The position numbers and the translations under genes are program-made. This document shows, in pieces, positions 20,169 through 29,687 of a DNA stretch of 64,000 nt. The first letter of the stretch is position 1, and each line of letters starts with the position of its first letter. The notes below the pieces were generated by a model. That model made no database searches, was not told the DNA's origin, and saw nothing but the letters and a program-made list of their open reading frames with translations. This stretch comes from Candidatus Eiseniibacteriota bacterium (GTDB lineage Bacteria; Eisenbacteria; RBG-16-71-46; JABDJR01), in contig CAVXKA010000003.1 in NCBI GenBank assembly GCA_963762255.1, positions 544,001 through 608,000 on the forward strand, written 5' to 3'.

Positions 20169-21332
20169 ATGCGCGTCGCCCTCTTCTCCGAAGTCGTCCC
20201 CCCCGTCCACGACGGCGCTTGCCGCGCTGTCACCAACCTCTCCGCTTCGTTGGACGAGGAAGGGATTCCCTACCAGATCATCTCCGGCGTCACGCCGTCG
20301 CCCGAATTGTCCTGGGGACGGTCGGTGCACACCGTCCGCTCGGTGCCATTCATCCTGAACCATCACTATCGCGTCTCACTCCCCTTCGCACCGCACTTGG
20401 ACGCTGCGCTCGATCGATTCCAACCTGACATCCTGCACGCGGCCAACCCCACGTTGCTCGGCCTCTATGCGCTCTCGTACAGCAAGCGCCGCAACATCCC
20501 GGTTGTCGCAAGCTACCATACCAACTACGTGTCTTACTTCCCATACTACCGGGTGGGAAAGATGCAGTGGTTGGGCTGGTCGCTCCTGCGGTGGTTCCAT
20601 TCGCGGTGCCGCGCCACCTACGTTCCTTCGCGCACCACCATGCAGGAGCTGCGCGCGCGCGGAATCCCGAGGATGGAGTTCTGGCAGCGCGGCGTGCATC
20701 GCGACCAGTTCAGCCCGCGTTTTCGCAGCGAGGAACTCCGCCGAGCGATCGGCGCGGAGCACATTCCGCTCCTCCTCTACGTGGGGCGTTTAGTCCGGGA
20801 GAAGGATCTCGACGATCTCGTGGCTGCGGTGAAGATTCTCGGCGCCCGCGGCCTGCGCTTCCGCACGGTGATCGTCGGCGACGGGTTGATGCGGCCGGAG
20901 TTGGAGGCGCGCCTCCCCGAGGCGCACTTCACCGGCTATCAAGTGGGACCGGACCTCGCCGCTTGGTACGCCTCGGCCGACGTGTTCGCCTTTCCATCCA
21001 CCACGGAAACCTTCGGCAACGTCATCCTGGAAGCGTTCGCATCCGCGCTCCCGGTGGTGGCGGTGAACTCGGGGGGATCGAAGGATCTGATCGTGCCCGA
21101 TGAAAACGGTCTCCTCGCCCGCCCCCACGACGCCGAGGACTTCGCCGACAAGATCGCGAGTCTCCTCTGCGATCCCGCGCGCCGCGACACCATGCGGGAG
21201 TGCGCGCTCCGGTCGGCCGAGCGTTTTGACTGGGGCGAGGTCAATCGCCGCCTTATCGCCAACTACCGACAGGTGATCCGCGAGCATCGGGGTTCGATCC
21301 AGGAACCGGCCGTGGAGATGGCGACGGGCTGA
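20169..21332 (+). CDS. GT4 glycosyltransferase (MgtA/glycolipid synthase-like)
   Basis: MRVALFSE, SYHTNYVSY, RGVHRDQFSP, YVGRLVREKD, PSTTETFGNVILEA. Confidence 0.92.
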   Translation: MRVALFSEVVPPVHDGACRAVTNLSASLDEEGIPYQIISGVTPSPELSWGRSVHTVRSVPFILNHHYRVSLPFAPHLDAALDRFQPDILHAANPTLLGLYALSYSKRRNIPVVASYHTNYVSYFPYYRVGKMQWLGWSLLRWFHSRCRATYVPSRTTMQELRARGIPRMEFWQRGVHRDQFSPRFRSEELRRAIGAEHIPLLLYVGRLVREKDLDDLVAAVKILGARGLRFRTVIVGDGLMRPELEARLPEAHFTGYQVGPDLAAWYASADVFAFPSTTETFGNVILEAFASALPVVAVNSGGSKDLIVPDENGLLARPHDAEDFADKIASLLCDPARRDTMRECALRSAERFDWGEVNRRLIANYRQVIREHRGSIQEPAVEMATG

Positions 21333-21353
21333 GGCCCGCCTCGCGAACGCACC

Positions 21354-22532
21354 GTGAGAGTCTGCGACATTGCCGACGCGTATCACGCCACGAGCGGCGG
21401 CATTCGGACCTATGTCGATCAGAAGATCCGCTTCCTGAGCGCGACCGCCGATCACGAGCACGTGTTGATCATTCCCGCCGACCGTGACTTCCACGAACAG
21501 GACGGCTGCACGCAGGTGTTCGGTGTTGCTTCCCCTCGCATTCCGGGATGCGGCGACTACCGGGCGTTGTTGAGAGAGCGACGCATCCTCTCCATCCTCG
21601 ACCGGACGCGCCCCGACATCGTCGAGTGGGCCAATCCCTACCTTCACCCGTGGGCGGTGTCGCAATTGCGGCGCCGGGGCGCTGCCGTGACCGCGGGCTT
21701 CTATCACACCGACTTCCCCGTCGCCTACGTGGAGGCATCGTTGCGGACGCGCGTCGGCGCCCGAGTCGCCCGCGCCGCCCGCAGGCTGGCCATGCGATAT
21801 GCCCGCGGCGTGCACACGAACCTGGACCTCACGCTCGTTTCCTCCCCCGCCATGGCGCAAACGCTTTCCGACGCGGGCTTCCCACGCGTGGAAGTGCTGC
21901 CGCTCGGCGTCGACACCGAAATCTTTCATCCCGACCGGCGCGACCCTTCTTGGCGGCGCACAATCGGCGTCGGCGACCGGGATCTCCTGCTCGTCTTCGC
22001 GGGCAGGTTCGATCGCGAGAAGCGCGTCGATGTCCTGCTCGAAATGGCCCACAGGCTTCCACCCTCGCTCCCCTGGAAGCTCCTCTTCGTCGGAGATGGC
22101 CCGCAGCGCCCGATGTTGCGTCGTGCGGCGGCCGAGGACTCGCGGGTGTTCGTGCTGCCGTTCGAGCGGGACCGGCAGCGCTTGGCGCGCTATCTTGCCT
22201 CGGCGGACATCTACGTCTCCGCTGCGCGCTTCGAGACGTTCGGGCTCTCGGTGATCGAAGCCCAGGCCTGCGGGCTTCCGGTGGTCGGCCAGCGCGCTGG
22301 CGCGATGCCGGATCGGGTTCCCCCATCTGTGGGCATCCTGGTCGACAGTCTCGACCCCGAAGCCATGGCGAGCGCGGTGGCCGAGATCGCGGGCAAGGGC
22401 CGCGCAGCATTGGGACAGTCCGCGCGCCGGCTGGTTGTCGAGCACAACACATGGGATCGCACCTTCGAACGGCTCGTCGGGCTCTACGAGGAGGCCTCGC
22501 ATGCCACTCGCCGGAGTGCGCGTGCCAGCTGA
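21354..22532 (+). CDS. GT4 glycosyltransferase
   Basis: SGGIRTY, FYHTDFP, GRFDREKR, ETFGLSVIEAQACG. Confidence 0.92.
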   Translation: MRVCDIADAYHATSGGIRTYVDQKIRFLSATADHEHVLIIPADRDFHEQDGCTQVFGVASPRIPGCGDYRALLRERRILSILDRTRPDIVEWANPYLHPWAVSQLRRRGAAVTAGFYHTDFPVAYVEASLRTRVGARVARAARRLAMRYARGVHTNLDLTLVSSPAMAQTLSDAGFPRVEVLPLGVDTEIFHPDRRDPSWRRTIGVGDRDLLLVFAGRFDREKRVDVLLEMAHRLPPSLPWKLLFVGDGPQRPMLRRAAAEDSRVFVLPFERDRQRLARYLASADIYVSAARFETFGLSVIEAQACGLPVVGQRAGAMPDRVPPSVGILVDSLDPEAMASAVAEIAGKGRAALGQSARRLVVEHNTWDRTFERLVGLYEEASHATRRSARAS

Positions 22533-23592
22533 ACCGAAGACCGCAGTGGCCCTGTTTCGATCCCGGCGGTGGATGCACGCAGCGGCTGGGATTCTGATCC
22601 TCGCGCTCGCGGGCAACGTCGCTTTCGCCCTCGTCACGACGGACCGCGAAGCCTGGGGGACGATTCGTCACGCCTCACCCGCCTTCCTGATCCTGGCCGT
22701 GGCGCTGGCCCTGGTCCCCTTCTTCACGAACGCGCTGCGGATCCGCACCTGGGCCCGCTTCATGGGCGGGACGATTCGGTACCGGGATGCCTTTCGGATC
22801 GCCGTGGCCAGCGATCTCGGCTCCTCCATCGCCCCGACCGCCGCCGGGAGCGGTGCGGTGCGGCTGGCCATGCTGCGCCAGCACGGTCTTTCCACCGGCC
22901 GTTCCACCGCGCTCATTGCCATGACCGTCATCGAAGATGCGACCTTCTTCGCCGTGTTCCTTCCGCTGGGCTATGCGCTTTCGTCCCGTGCGCTCGTGTC
23001 GGTGATGCCGGGAACGTTGGTCCGGGTCATGGAGCGGGCGGGGCTGGTGCTGGCCTGTGCCGTGCTTGTCGGCATCGCGTTGAGCGTGATCGGCGGGAAG
23101 CTCGCCGGCCGCAAGGGGCGCGCGCCCGGCTCTCGCATCGGCGCCTTCATCGAACGCGTGCGCGGCTGGGCGCGGGATGCCCGAGGCGCCCTCGGCGAAG
23201 TTCTTCGCCGCGGCAAGCTCCGCGCTGCCTGCACCCTCACCCTTGCCGCCGTCCAGTGGTTCTGTCGGTACTCGGCGGCGGCGGCGATCTTTGCCGCGTT
23301 CGGACTCCCGTCCTTCCCCCTCACCCATGTGGTTCTGCAATGGGTGGTGTTTACCGCGGGGACGCTCGTCCCAACCCCGGGAGGCGCAGCGGCGGTGGAG
23401 ACGGCGTTCGCCGTGGTGTATCACCCTCTTGTTCCCGATGCGCTCCTGGGTTCGCTGACCGCGATCTGGCGATTCCTGCTCTTCTACCTGATCGTCGCCT
23501 TCGACATCGTGTTCCTGTCGGTCTTCGCGCTCAACCGCAGGCCCACTTCCGCCACCGCGGAGAACGAGGTTTCGTCCTCCCCCGCGATGTGA
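22501..23592 (+). CDS. Lysylphosphatidylglycerol synthase TM-domain (UPF0104) flippase-like membrane protein
   Basis: Multi-TM; IAPTAAGSG, VPTPGGAAAVE, IWRFLLFY. Start uncertain (22501, 22522 or later). Confidence 0.85.
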   Translation: MPLAGVRVPAEPKTAVALFRSRRWMHAAAGILILALAGNVAFALVTTDREAWGTIRHASPAFLILAVALALVPFFTNALRIRTWARFMGGTIRYRDAFRIAVASDLGSSIAPTAAGSGAVRLAMLRQHGLSTGRSTALIAMTVIEDATFFAVFLPLGYALSSRALVSVMPGTLVRVMERAGLVLACAVLVGIALSVIGGKLAGRKGRAPGSRIGAFIERVRGWARDARGALGEVLRRGKLRAACTLTLAAVQWFCRYSAAAAIFAAFGLPSFPLTHVVLQWVVFTAGTLVPTPGGAAAVETAFAVVYHPLVPDALLGSLTAIWRFLLFYLIVAFDIVFLSVFALNRRPTSATAENEVSSSPAM

Positions 23593-25041
23593 TCGCGGTT
23601 GGTGGTGAAATTCGCGCCCGCATCCCACCCGATCCAGCAGATGGCGCGCGGTTGATAGCGACCGCCGAGTCCCACGCGGACCGTTCGTTCGCGCGTGCCC
23701 AGGAACAGGTTCGGGCTGGCTGTGTATTGCGGACCGGCCGGAACGGGGTCCCTGAAGTTCCCCACGCCCTGCCTCTGCAACTGCACGGCCGGCGTCAAGC
23801 GCAGTCCGGGCAGGAGGGCGAGCAGATCCGCCGAGACGGTGAGCCGATCGAAGTCTGAATAGTTCTCGCCGAGTCCCCGGCCGAGGTAGCTATAGCGATC
23901 GACTTCGTTGGGGGTCCGGTACGTCCATGCGCCGACACGCGTGTACTCCACGCCCATCGCGTGGCCAGCGTCGGAGAAGTTCCACCGCCCGCCCAGCGTG
24001 AGCGCGTACCCGGTGGGCTCGCGATCGATCGCCCTCGGGCGGCGTGAGATCGACGTCGTCCAGAAGTCCCTCGCCGTAGGCCTCGAACCGACCCGACCGC
24101 CACCAGAAGCCAAGATCCAGCATGAGGTTTGCGACGTTGTCGTGGGGGGGCGCGTCGGTGTCGGAGTAGAACACCTCGACCGGGTTCAAGTAGCGAAGCC
24201 CCAGGCCCGGACGTTCGGAGGCGAATACGACGCCTTCGCCCAGGGAAAGGACCAAGTTCGGCCACGCCAGATCGACGCGATGAGCGCTCACGTAGCGCTT
24301 GTAGGTCCGCAGCGTGTCGAGTTCGCCTACGAAGGACCGCAGCGTGAACCGGCCGGCGCGGAAGGTGAGCCCGATCTGCGGATAGGGTGTAGCGGCGTCG
24401 CCCACCATGAGACCGCGTGTGCCGGCACGCGACCAGTTGCGGGCGAGACGACCGATCATGAACTCACCGTGCGGAAACGCCAGCGAGAGATAGGCTGTCT
24501 CGGACCGACCGATCCGCCGCTGCGGATCGCGGCCGTCCGGGTCGTCGGCAAGAAATTGGTCTTCCAACAGGACGACTTCCGCCGCGACCGGGCCCTCGTC
24601 AACCCACACGGAACCGCGGGCGTACGGCCATGCATCGCCGTCCTCGCCCAGCGGACGGAGCGGGTCCAGCCTCTCGCTCGTGGACGCGCGAGCGCCACCC
24701 TCGATCCACGCCCCCCATGCCACCGTATCCGGCCCGAGAGTGTCCTCGCTGGCGAACTCCTCCTGGAGCAATCGAGCCCAGTGGGCCAGTCCCGCGGGCA
24801 ACAATGCGGGATCGACGGCGCGAAGCTCGTGGGCGACATCGGCGCGACGATAGGGCTGGACCAAGGGGTTCAACGCCGGGAGGTATCCCGCCTCCTGCAG
24901 CAAGTAGATACCCTCGTAGGACCAATGGTCCAGGGTGAGATACCGTGAGCCGTCAGCCGCCTGCGCCGAATCCGCCGACGCGCCCGCGAGCAGGAGTGCG
25001 GTGAGCACGACTGTGCCCATCGCGGCGAGTCTCATCTTCAT
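23484..25041 (-). CDS. Capsule assembly Wzi-like outer-membrane beta-barrel (apparent +1 frameshift near 24033)
   Basis: Signal peptide, LDHWSY...QPYRRAD, GRLARNWS, SAHRVD, RYLNP, YGEGLLDD. Continues in the next frame as EYTRV...TY...RGLG. Confidence 0.75.
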
Positions 25042-26135
25042 GACTCCGCGATTCGATCCAGTATTTCCGCGATCCGCTCCCCGGTGCGTCCGTCCCACAG
25101 CTCGGGCACGCGGCCGTGCTTGGCGCCCTCCCGCAGCACCCGCAGTCCCGCCTCCACGATTCGTTCGGGGTCGATGCCCACCAACTCGTTCGTGCCTTCC
25201 GTCACTGTCACCGGCCGCTCCGTGTTGAGCCGAACGGTGAGACACGGCACGCCCAGAAAGGTCGTCTCTTCCTGAATGCCGCCGGAGTCGGTGACCACGA
25301 GCTTGGCGTTGTCGGTGAGCTTGAGGAAGTCGAGATAGCCCTGGGGGTCCACCAGCTTCAGACCGGGGTTGGCCTCGACGAATTCGCCAAGCCCGAACTC
25401 TCCGATGCGGTTCTGCGTGCGGGGGTGCACCGGGAAAAGCACCGGCATCTCGCGGGAGAGCCGCGCCAGAGCGCCCAAGATCCCGCGGAACGTCTCCGGC
25501 TCGTCTACGTTGCTCGGGCGATGGAGCGTGACGAGGATGTAGCCTCGGCGGGTCACGCCCAGGGTCTCCAGCACGCCGCTCGATGCCGCGCGCTCGCGGT
25601 GGTGCACGAGCGAGTCGATCATCACGTTGCCGACGAAGTGGATCCGTTCCGGGGACACGCCTTCGCGCAGCAGGTTCGGCGCGGCGTCGACGCAGGAGGT
25701 GTAGAGGTCGTCGGCCACCGCATCGGTCACCAGGCGGTTGATCTCCTCCGGCATATCGCGGTCGAAGGACCGCAGGCCCGACTCCACGTGGCCGAGCCGG
25801 ATGCGAAGCTTTGCGGCCACCAGCGCCGCGGCCAGGGTCGAGTTCACGTCCCCCACCACCAGCACGTAGTCGGGATGGTGCTCGATGGCCAGCTCCTCGA
25901 ACGCGGTCATCACCTTGGCGGTCTGGCGCGTGTGGGAGTCCGAACCCACGCCGAGGTATACGTCGGGGCGCGGCAGGCCCAGGTCCTCGAAGAACACGCG
26001 CGACATCGCGTCGTCGTAGTGCTGGCCGGTGTGGACCAGAAAGGGCTGCAAGCGCGGATAGGCTCGCATGGCCTCGATGACCGGCCCGATCTTCATGAAG
26101 TTGGGGCGAGCCCCGACGACGCAGGCGACCTTCAT
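25038..26135 (-). CDS. wecB: UDP-N-acetylglucosamine 2-epimerase (non-hydrolysing)
   Basis: GARPNFMK, HTGQHYD, HVESGLRSFD, TDSGGIQEE. Confidence 0.96.
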   Translation of the reverse strand: MKVACVVGARPNFMKIGPVIEAMRAYPRLQPFLVHTGQHYDDAMSRVFFEDLGLPRPDVYLGVGSDSHTRQTAKVMTAFEELAIEHHPDYVLVVGDVNSTLAAALVAAKLRIRLGHVESGLRSFDRDMPEEINRLVTDAVADDLYTSCVDAAPNLLREGVSPERIHFVGNVMIDSLVHHRERAASSGVLETLGVTRRGYILVTLHRPSNVDEPETFRGILGALARLSREMPVLFPVHPRTQNRIGEFGLGEFVEANPGLKLVDPQGYLDFLKLTDNAKLVVTDSGGIQEETTFLGVPCLTVRLNTERPVTVTEGTNELVGIDPERIVEAGLRVLREGAKHGRVPELWDGRTGERIAEILDRIAES

Positions 26136-26181
26136 CGCGCGATCCCCCGAGCGCCCAGCGCGCCGCAATTCCGTCGCGGCA

Positions 26182-27219
26182 TCAGCGCTTCCCGTACATT
26201 TTCTCGTAGTAGTCGCGAAAAGCGCCGCTCTTGATCCGTTCCCACCAGGTGCGCCGCTGCACGTACCAGCGGATCGTCTCCGGGAGACCGGCCTCGAAGG
26301 CGATCTCGGGGACGAACCCCGTCCGCTCGCGGAGCTTGGAGGCGTCCAGCGCGTACCGTCGATCGTGGCCGAGGCGATCGGTGACGTGCTGGAGCAGGCT
26401 CGCGGGCTTCTCCAGCGTGCGCAGGATGATGTCGGCGATTTCGAGCACGTCGCGCTCGTTGTCGCCGGCAATGTTGAAGATCTCTCCCTCGACCTTGTCC
26501 GCCGGCGCGGTCAGAAGCGTCTCAAGCGCGCGGCAGTGATCGGCCACATGGATCCAGTCGCGGCGATTCTTGCCGCTGCCGTACACGGGGAGCGGCTTCC
26601 CCTCCATCGCGTTCGTGGTGAAGAGAGGGATCATCTTCTCCGGGTACTGGTACGGCCCGTAGTTGTTGCTGCAACGCGTGATCACCACCGGCAACCCGAA
26701 CGTCGCCCAGTAGGCGTGGGCCATGGCATCGCCCCCCGCCTTGGTCGCGCTGTAGGGATTCCGCGGCTTGAGGGGCGCTTCCTCGGTGACCGGATCGCCC
26801 AGGATCTCGCCATACACCTCGTCGGTGCCCACCTGAATGAACCGCCTGACCGGATGGCGGCGCGCCGCGTTGAGCAGCGTGAGCGGTCCTTCGATATTGG
26901 CGCGGATGAGGGGCGACTGGTCTTCGATGGAACGATCGACGTGGGTCTCCGCGGCGAAGTTCACCACGTAATCCGCTTGCTCGACCAAGGGCTCCACCGC
27001 GCGCGGGTCGGCGATGTCCCCTTTCACGAAACGGAACCGCGTGTCCTTCTCGAAGGCCTGGTGGTTTTCGAGGTTCCCCGCGTACGTGAGGAGGTCGAGA
27101 ACGATCACCTGCACCGTGCGCCCGGGCGCGAGGAGTCGGTGCACGAAGTTGGAGCCGATGAACCCGGCGCCCCCGGCGACGAGGACGGTGGCGCCGTCGA
27201 GCCGCGCGGGTAAGGTCAC
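26182..27219 (-). CDS. rfbB: dTDP-glucose 4,6-dehydratase
   Basis: GGAGFIGSNF, LTYAGN, FAAETHVDRS, TDEVYG, YSATK, HDRRY. GTG start overlaps the ugd stop. Confidence 0.96.
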   Translation of the reverse strand: MTLPARLDGATVLVAGGAGFIGSNFVHRLLAPGRTVQVIVLDLLTYAGNLENHQAFEKDTRFRFVKGDIADPRAVEPLVEQADYVVNFAAETHVDRSIEDQSPLIRANIEGPLTLLNAARRHPVRRFIQVGTDEVYGEILGDPVTEEAPLKPRNPYSATKAGGDAMAHAYWATFGLPVVITRCSNNYGPYQYPEKMIPLFTTNAMEGKPLPVYGSGKNRRDWIHVADHCRALETLLTAPADKVEGEIFNIAGDNERDVLEIADIILRTLEKPASLLQHVTDRLGHDRRYALDASKLRERTGFVPEIAFEAGLPETIRWYVQRRTWWERIKSGAFRDYYEKMYGKR

Positions 27220-28544
27220 GCGCGTTCCGGCGCGGCCGGCACGCCGCGGCCGACCGCCACGTGGACGAAGCCCAGTTCCCGCATCTGGTCCGGATCGTAG
27301 ATGTTCTTGAGGTCCACCACGACGTTCCCCTTCAGCACCTCCCGCAGGCGTTTGAGGTTCATGGTGCGGAACTCGTTCCACTCGGTGGCGATGACGATTG
27401 CGTCGGCGCCATCCACCGCTTTCCAGAGATCGCTCGCGTACTCCACGTCGGGAACCTCGAGCTTGGAGTTGGGCATCGCGATGGGATCGAACCCCCTGAC
27501 CTTCGCCCCCTTCTGCTTGAGGAACTTCATGAAGTCGATGCCCACCGAGTAGCGGATGTCGTCGGTCTGGGGCTTGAACGAGAGTCCGAGCACCGCAACG
27601 GTCTTTCCTTCCAGACCGCCCATGATGCGCTCGGTGCGGGCCATCAGGCGGCGGCGCTGCTCGTCGTTCACCTCGATCGTGGCGCGCACGATCTTGAGGG
27701 GATAGCCGAGACTGCGCGCCAGGTGATCCAGCGCCTCCGTATCCTTGGGGAAGCACGACCCGCCGTAGCCCGCGCCCGCGTGGAGGAACTTGTTGCCGAT
27801 GCGCCGGTCGAGCCCCATTCCCCGCTCCACCACCTTGATGTCCGCCCCCACTAACTCGCAGAGATTCGCCATCTCGTTCACGAAGGAGATCTTGGTTGCG
27901 AGGAACGCGTTGGCCGCGTACTTGATCAACTCCGCCGTCTCCACCGTGGTCTTCACCATCGGAGTCTCGTTCAGGTAGAGCGGCTTGTAAATTTCGCTCA
28001 GGGCGTCCTCCGCGCGCTTGCTCCAGGTCCCGATCACCACGCGGTCGGGGCGCATGAAGTCCTCGACCGCGCTCCCCTCGCGAAGGAACTCGGGATTGGA
28101 AGCCACGTCGAAGGGGTGGTCGCCGTTGCGCTGCGAGCGGATGAGATCGCGGATGCGCACGCCCGTCCCCACCGGGACCGTGCTCTTCTGCACCACGACC
28201 TTGTACCCGTTCATGTGCTTGGCGATGTCGCGCGCGACCTGGAAAACGTACTGCAGGTCGGCCTCGCCGTCGGTGCCGCGGGGGGTGCCCACGCAGATGA
28301 AGATGACGTCGCTCTGGCGGATCGCGCCGGGGAGGTCGGTTGAGAACTTGAGCCGCCCCTCGCGCACGTTGCGATCGATGATCTCTTCCAGCCCGAACTC
28401 GTAGAAGGGGACCTTGCCCTGGCGCAGGCTGTCGATCTTCGCGGCGGCCGTGTCTACACAGAGCACCTCGTTGCCGAAATCGGCGAGACAGACTCCGGTG
28501 ACCAACCCGACGTATCCCGCTCCCACCATGCAAATCTGCTGCAT
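27216..28544 (-). CDS. ugd: UDP-glucose 6-dehydrogenase
   Basis: GAGYVGL, SNPEFLREG, GYGGSCFPKD, GLSFKPQTDD. Confidence 0.96.
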   Translation of the reverse strand: MQQICMVGAGYVGLVTGVCLADFGNEVLCVDTAAAKIDSLRQGKVPFYEFGLEEIIDRNVREGRLKFSTDLPGAIRQSDVIFICVGTPRGTDGEADLQYVFQVARDIAKHMNGYKVVVQKSTVPVGTGVRIRDLIRSQRNGDHPFDVASNPEFLREGSAVEDFMRPDRVVIGTWSKRAEDALSEIYKPLYLNETPMVKTTVETAELIKYAANAFLATKISFVNEMANLCELVGADIKVVERGMGLDRRIGNKFLHAGAGYGGSCFPKDTEALDHLARSLGYPLKIVRATIEVNDEQRRRLMARTERIMGGLEGKTVAVLGLSFKPQTDDIRYSVGIDFMKFLKQKGAKVRGFDPIAMPNSKLEVPDVEYASDLWKAVDGADAIVIATEWNEFRTMNLKRLREVLKGNVVVDLKNIYDPDQMRELGFVHVAVGRGVPAAPERA

Positions 28545-28558
28545 CCACAACCTCCCCG

Positions 28559-28617
28559 CTTGGTGTCCTGGCAAAGCGACCGAAGAGTCTTGGTGTCCTG
28601 CAAAGCGACCGAAGAGT
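28559..28617. repeat. Two-copy tandem repeat (30 + 29 bp) in the ugd leader
   Basis: CTTGGTGTCCTG(G)CAAAGCGACCGAAGAGT occurs twice; the copies differ by one G. Confidence 0.92.
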
Positions 28618-28643
28618 ATAGCTGCCTGAGGCCCTGCGGACAA
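28615..28643 (-). promoter_or_regulatory. Putative sigma70 promoter of ugd-rfbB-wecB-wzi
   Basis: TTGTCC-N17-TATACT on the minus strand. Confidence 0.65.
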
Positions 28644-28697
28644 TCGCGGCGCGGAGGGGCAGGCGCCGCCCGGGAACCGGTCGAACGTGCCCCCGGC

Positions 28698-29423
28698 TTA
28701 ACGAACCGCGGCCATCTCTTCCAGCACCGCCCGCGCCGCCCGCGACGGATCCACCCCCCCGGTGATGGCGCGCCCCACCACCAGGTGGGTCGCTCCACCG
28801 CCCAGCGCCGCCGCCGGAGTGGCCACGCGGGCCTGGTCGTGCGAGGCGCCCCCCGCGATGCGGATCCCGGGGATCACCTTGAGGAAATCGTGGGGCGTGA
28901 TCGCGCAGAGAATGGCCAACTCGTGCGTCGACGCCACCGCCCCGTCGACACCGGCGTGGCATGCCGCGTCGGCGAACGCGCGCACGCGGGACCGCACGTC
29001 GCCGGAACGATAGACGTCGGGGAACTCGGTGCCGTCGAGGCTGGTGAGGACGGTCACGCCGAGAAGCTTGAGCCCGTCTGGAGCGATGTCGTCACGCGCT
29101 TCCACCGCGGAGCGCAGCATCGCCGGCCCGCCGCTCGCGTGGATGGTGAGCATGTCGGCGCCAAGCCGGCAGGCCGAGCGCACCGCCCCCGCCACCTGGC
29201 TCGGGATGTCGTGGAGCTTGAGATCGAGGAAGACCCGCTTCCCCGCGCACTTGAAGTCGTCCACCACCGCCGGGCCTTCGGCGGTGAAGAGTTCGAGCCC
29301 GAGCTTGTACCACAGCACTTCGTCACCGAGCCGGTCACGCAGATCCTTCGCCTGCTCTCGCGACGCAACATCCACGGCCACGATGAGCCGGTCCCTGGCC
29401 AGGTCGATCGCACTGGCGGTCAT
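28698..29423 (-). CDS. pyrF: Orotidine-5'-phosphate decarboxylase
   Basis: IVAVD, KLGLELF, FLDLKLHDIP, VTVLTS, PGIR, VVGRAI. Confidence 0.97.
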   Translation of the reverse strand: MTASAIDLARDRLIVAVDVASREQAKDLRDRLGDEVLWYKLGLELFTAEGPAVVDDFKCAGKRVFLDLKLHDIPSQVAGAVRSACRLGADMLTIHASGGPAMLRSAVEARDDIAPDGLKLLGVTVLTSLDGTEFPDVYRSGDVRSRVRAFADAACHAGVDGAVASTHELAILCAITPHDFLKVIPGIRIAGGASHDQARVATPAAALGGGATHLVVGRAITGGVDPSRAARAVLEEMAAVR

Positions 29424-29683
29424 TCTCTCTCCTCCGGCGCCTTCGCAGTCTCCGGCGCTTCCACAACATCAGGCGCGACACCGCGGCGTGCGCGATAGCT
29501 CCGGTAGTCCTTCTGCACCCAGCGCAACGCCAGCGCGGCGAGGGCCGCATCGTCGAGAAAACCCGCAACCCAGAATACGTCGGGGATGAGGTCGAAAGGC
29601 ATGATGAAGTAGATCAAGGCGCCCACGATCGCGACCCCCGATCGCCACGGGATCCAACGCTTCGGCCTCGGTTCCGTCATCAC
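29420..29683 (-). CDS. YkvA/DUF1232 family small membrane protein
   Basis: YFIMPFDLIPD...GFLDD signature. Confidence 0.9.
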   Translation of the reverse strand: MMTEPRPKRWIPWRSGVAIVGALIYFIMPFDLIPDVFWVAGFLDDAALAALALRWVQKDYRSYRARRGVAPDVVEAPETAKAPEERE

Positions 29684-29687
29684 ACAC

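Noticed and set aside
28559-28617. Possible CRISPR repeat pair
   Set aside because: The two copies are directly adjacent with no spacer, and no cas genes are present.
26182-28962. Apparent 926-aa fusion ending in RfbB; likewise the long ORFs 60369..63551, 55756..58599, 52598..54925 and 34052..36514
   Set aside because: Only the C-terminal portion is real in each case. The upstream parts are off-frame read-through across neighbouring genes, and proper starts mostly overlap or follow the upstream stop codons.
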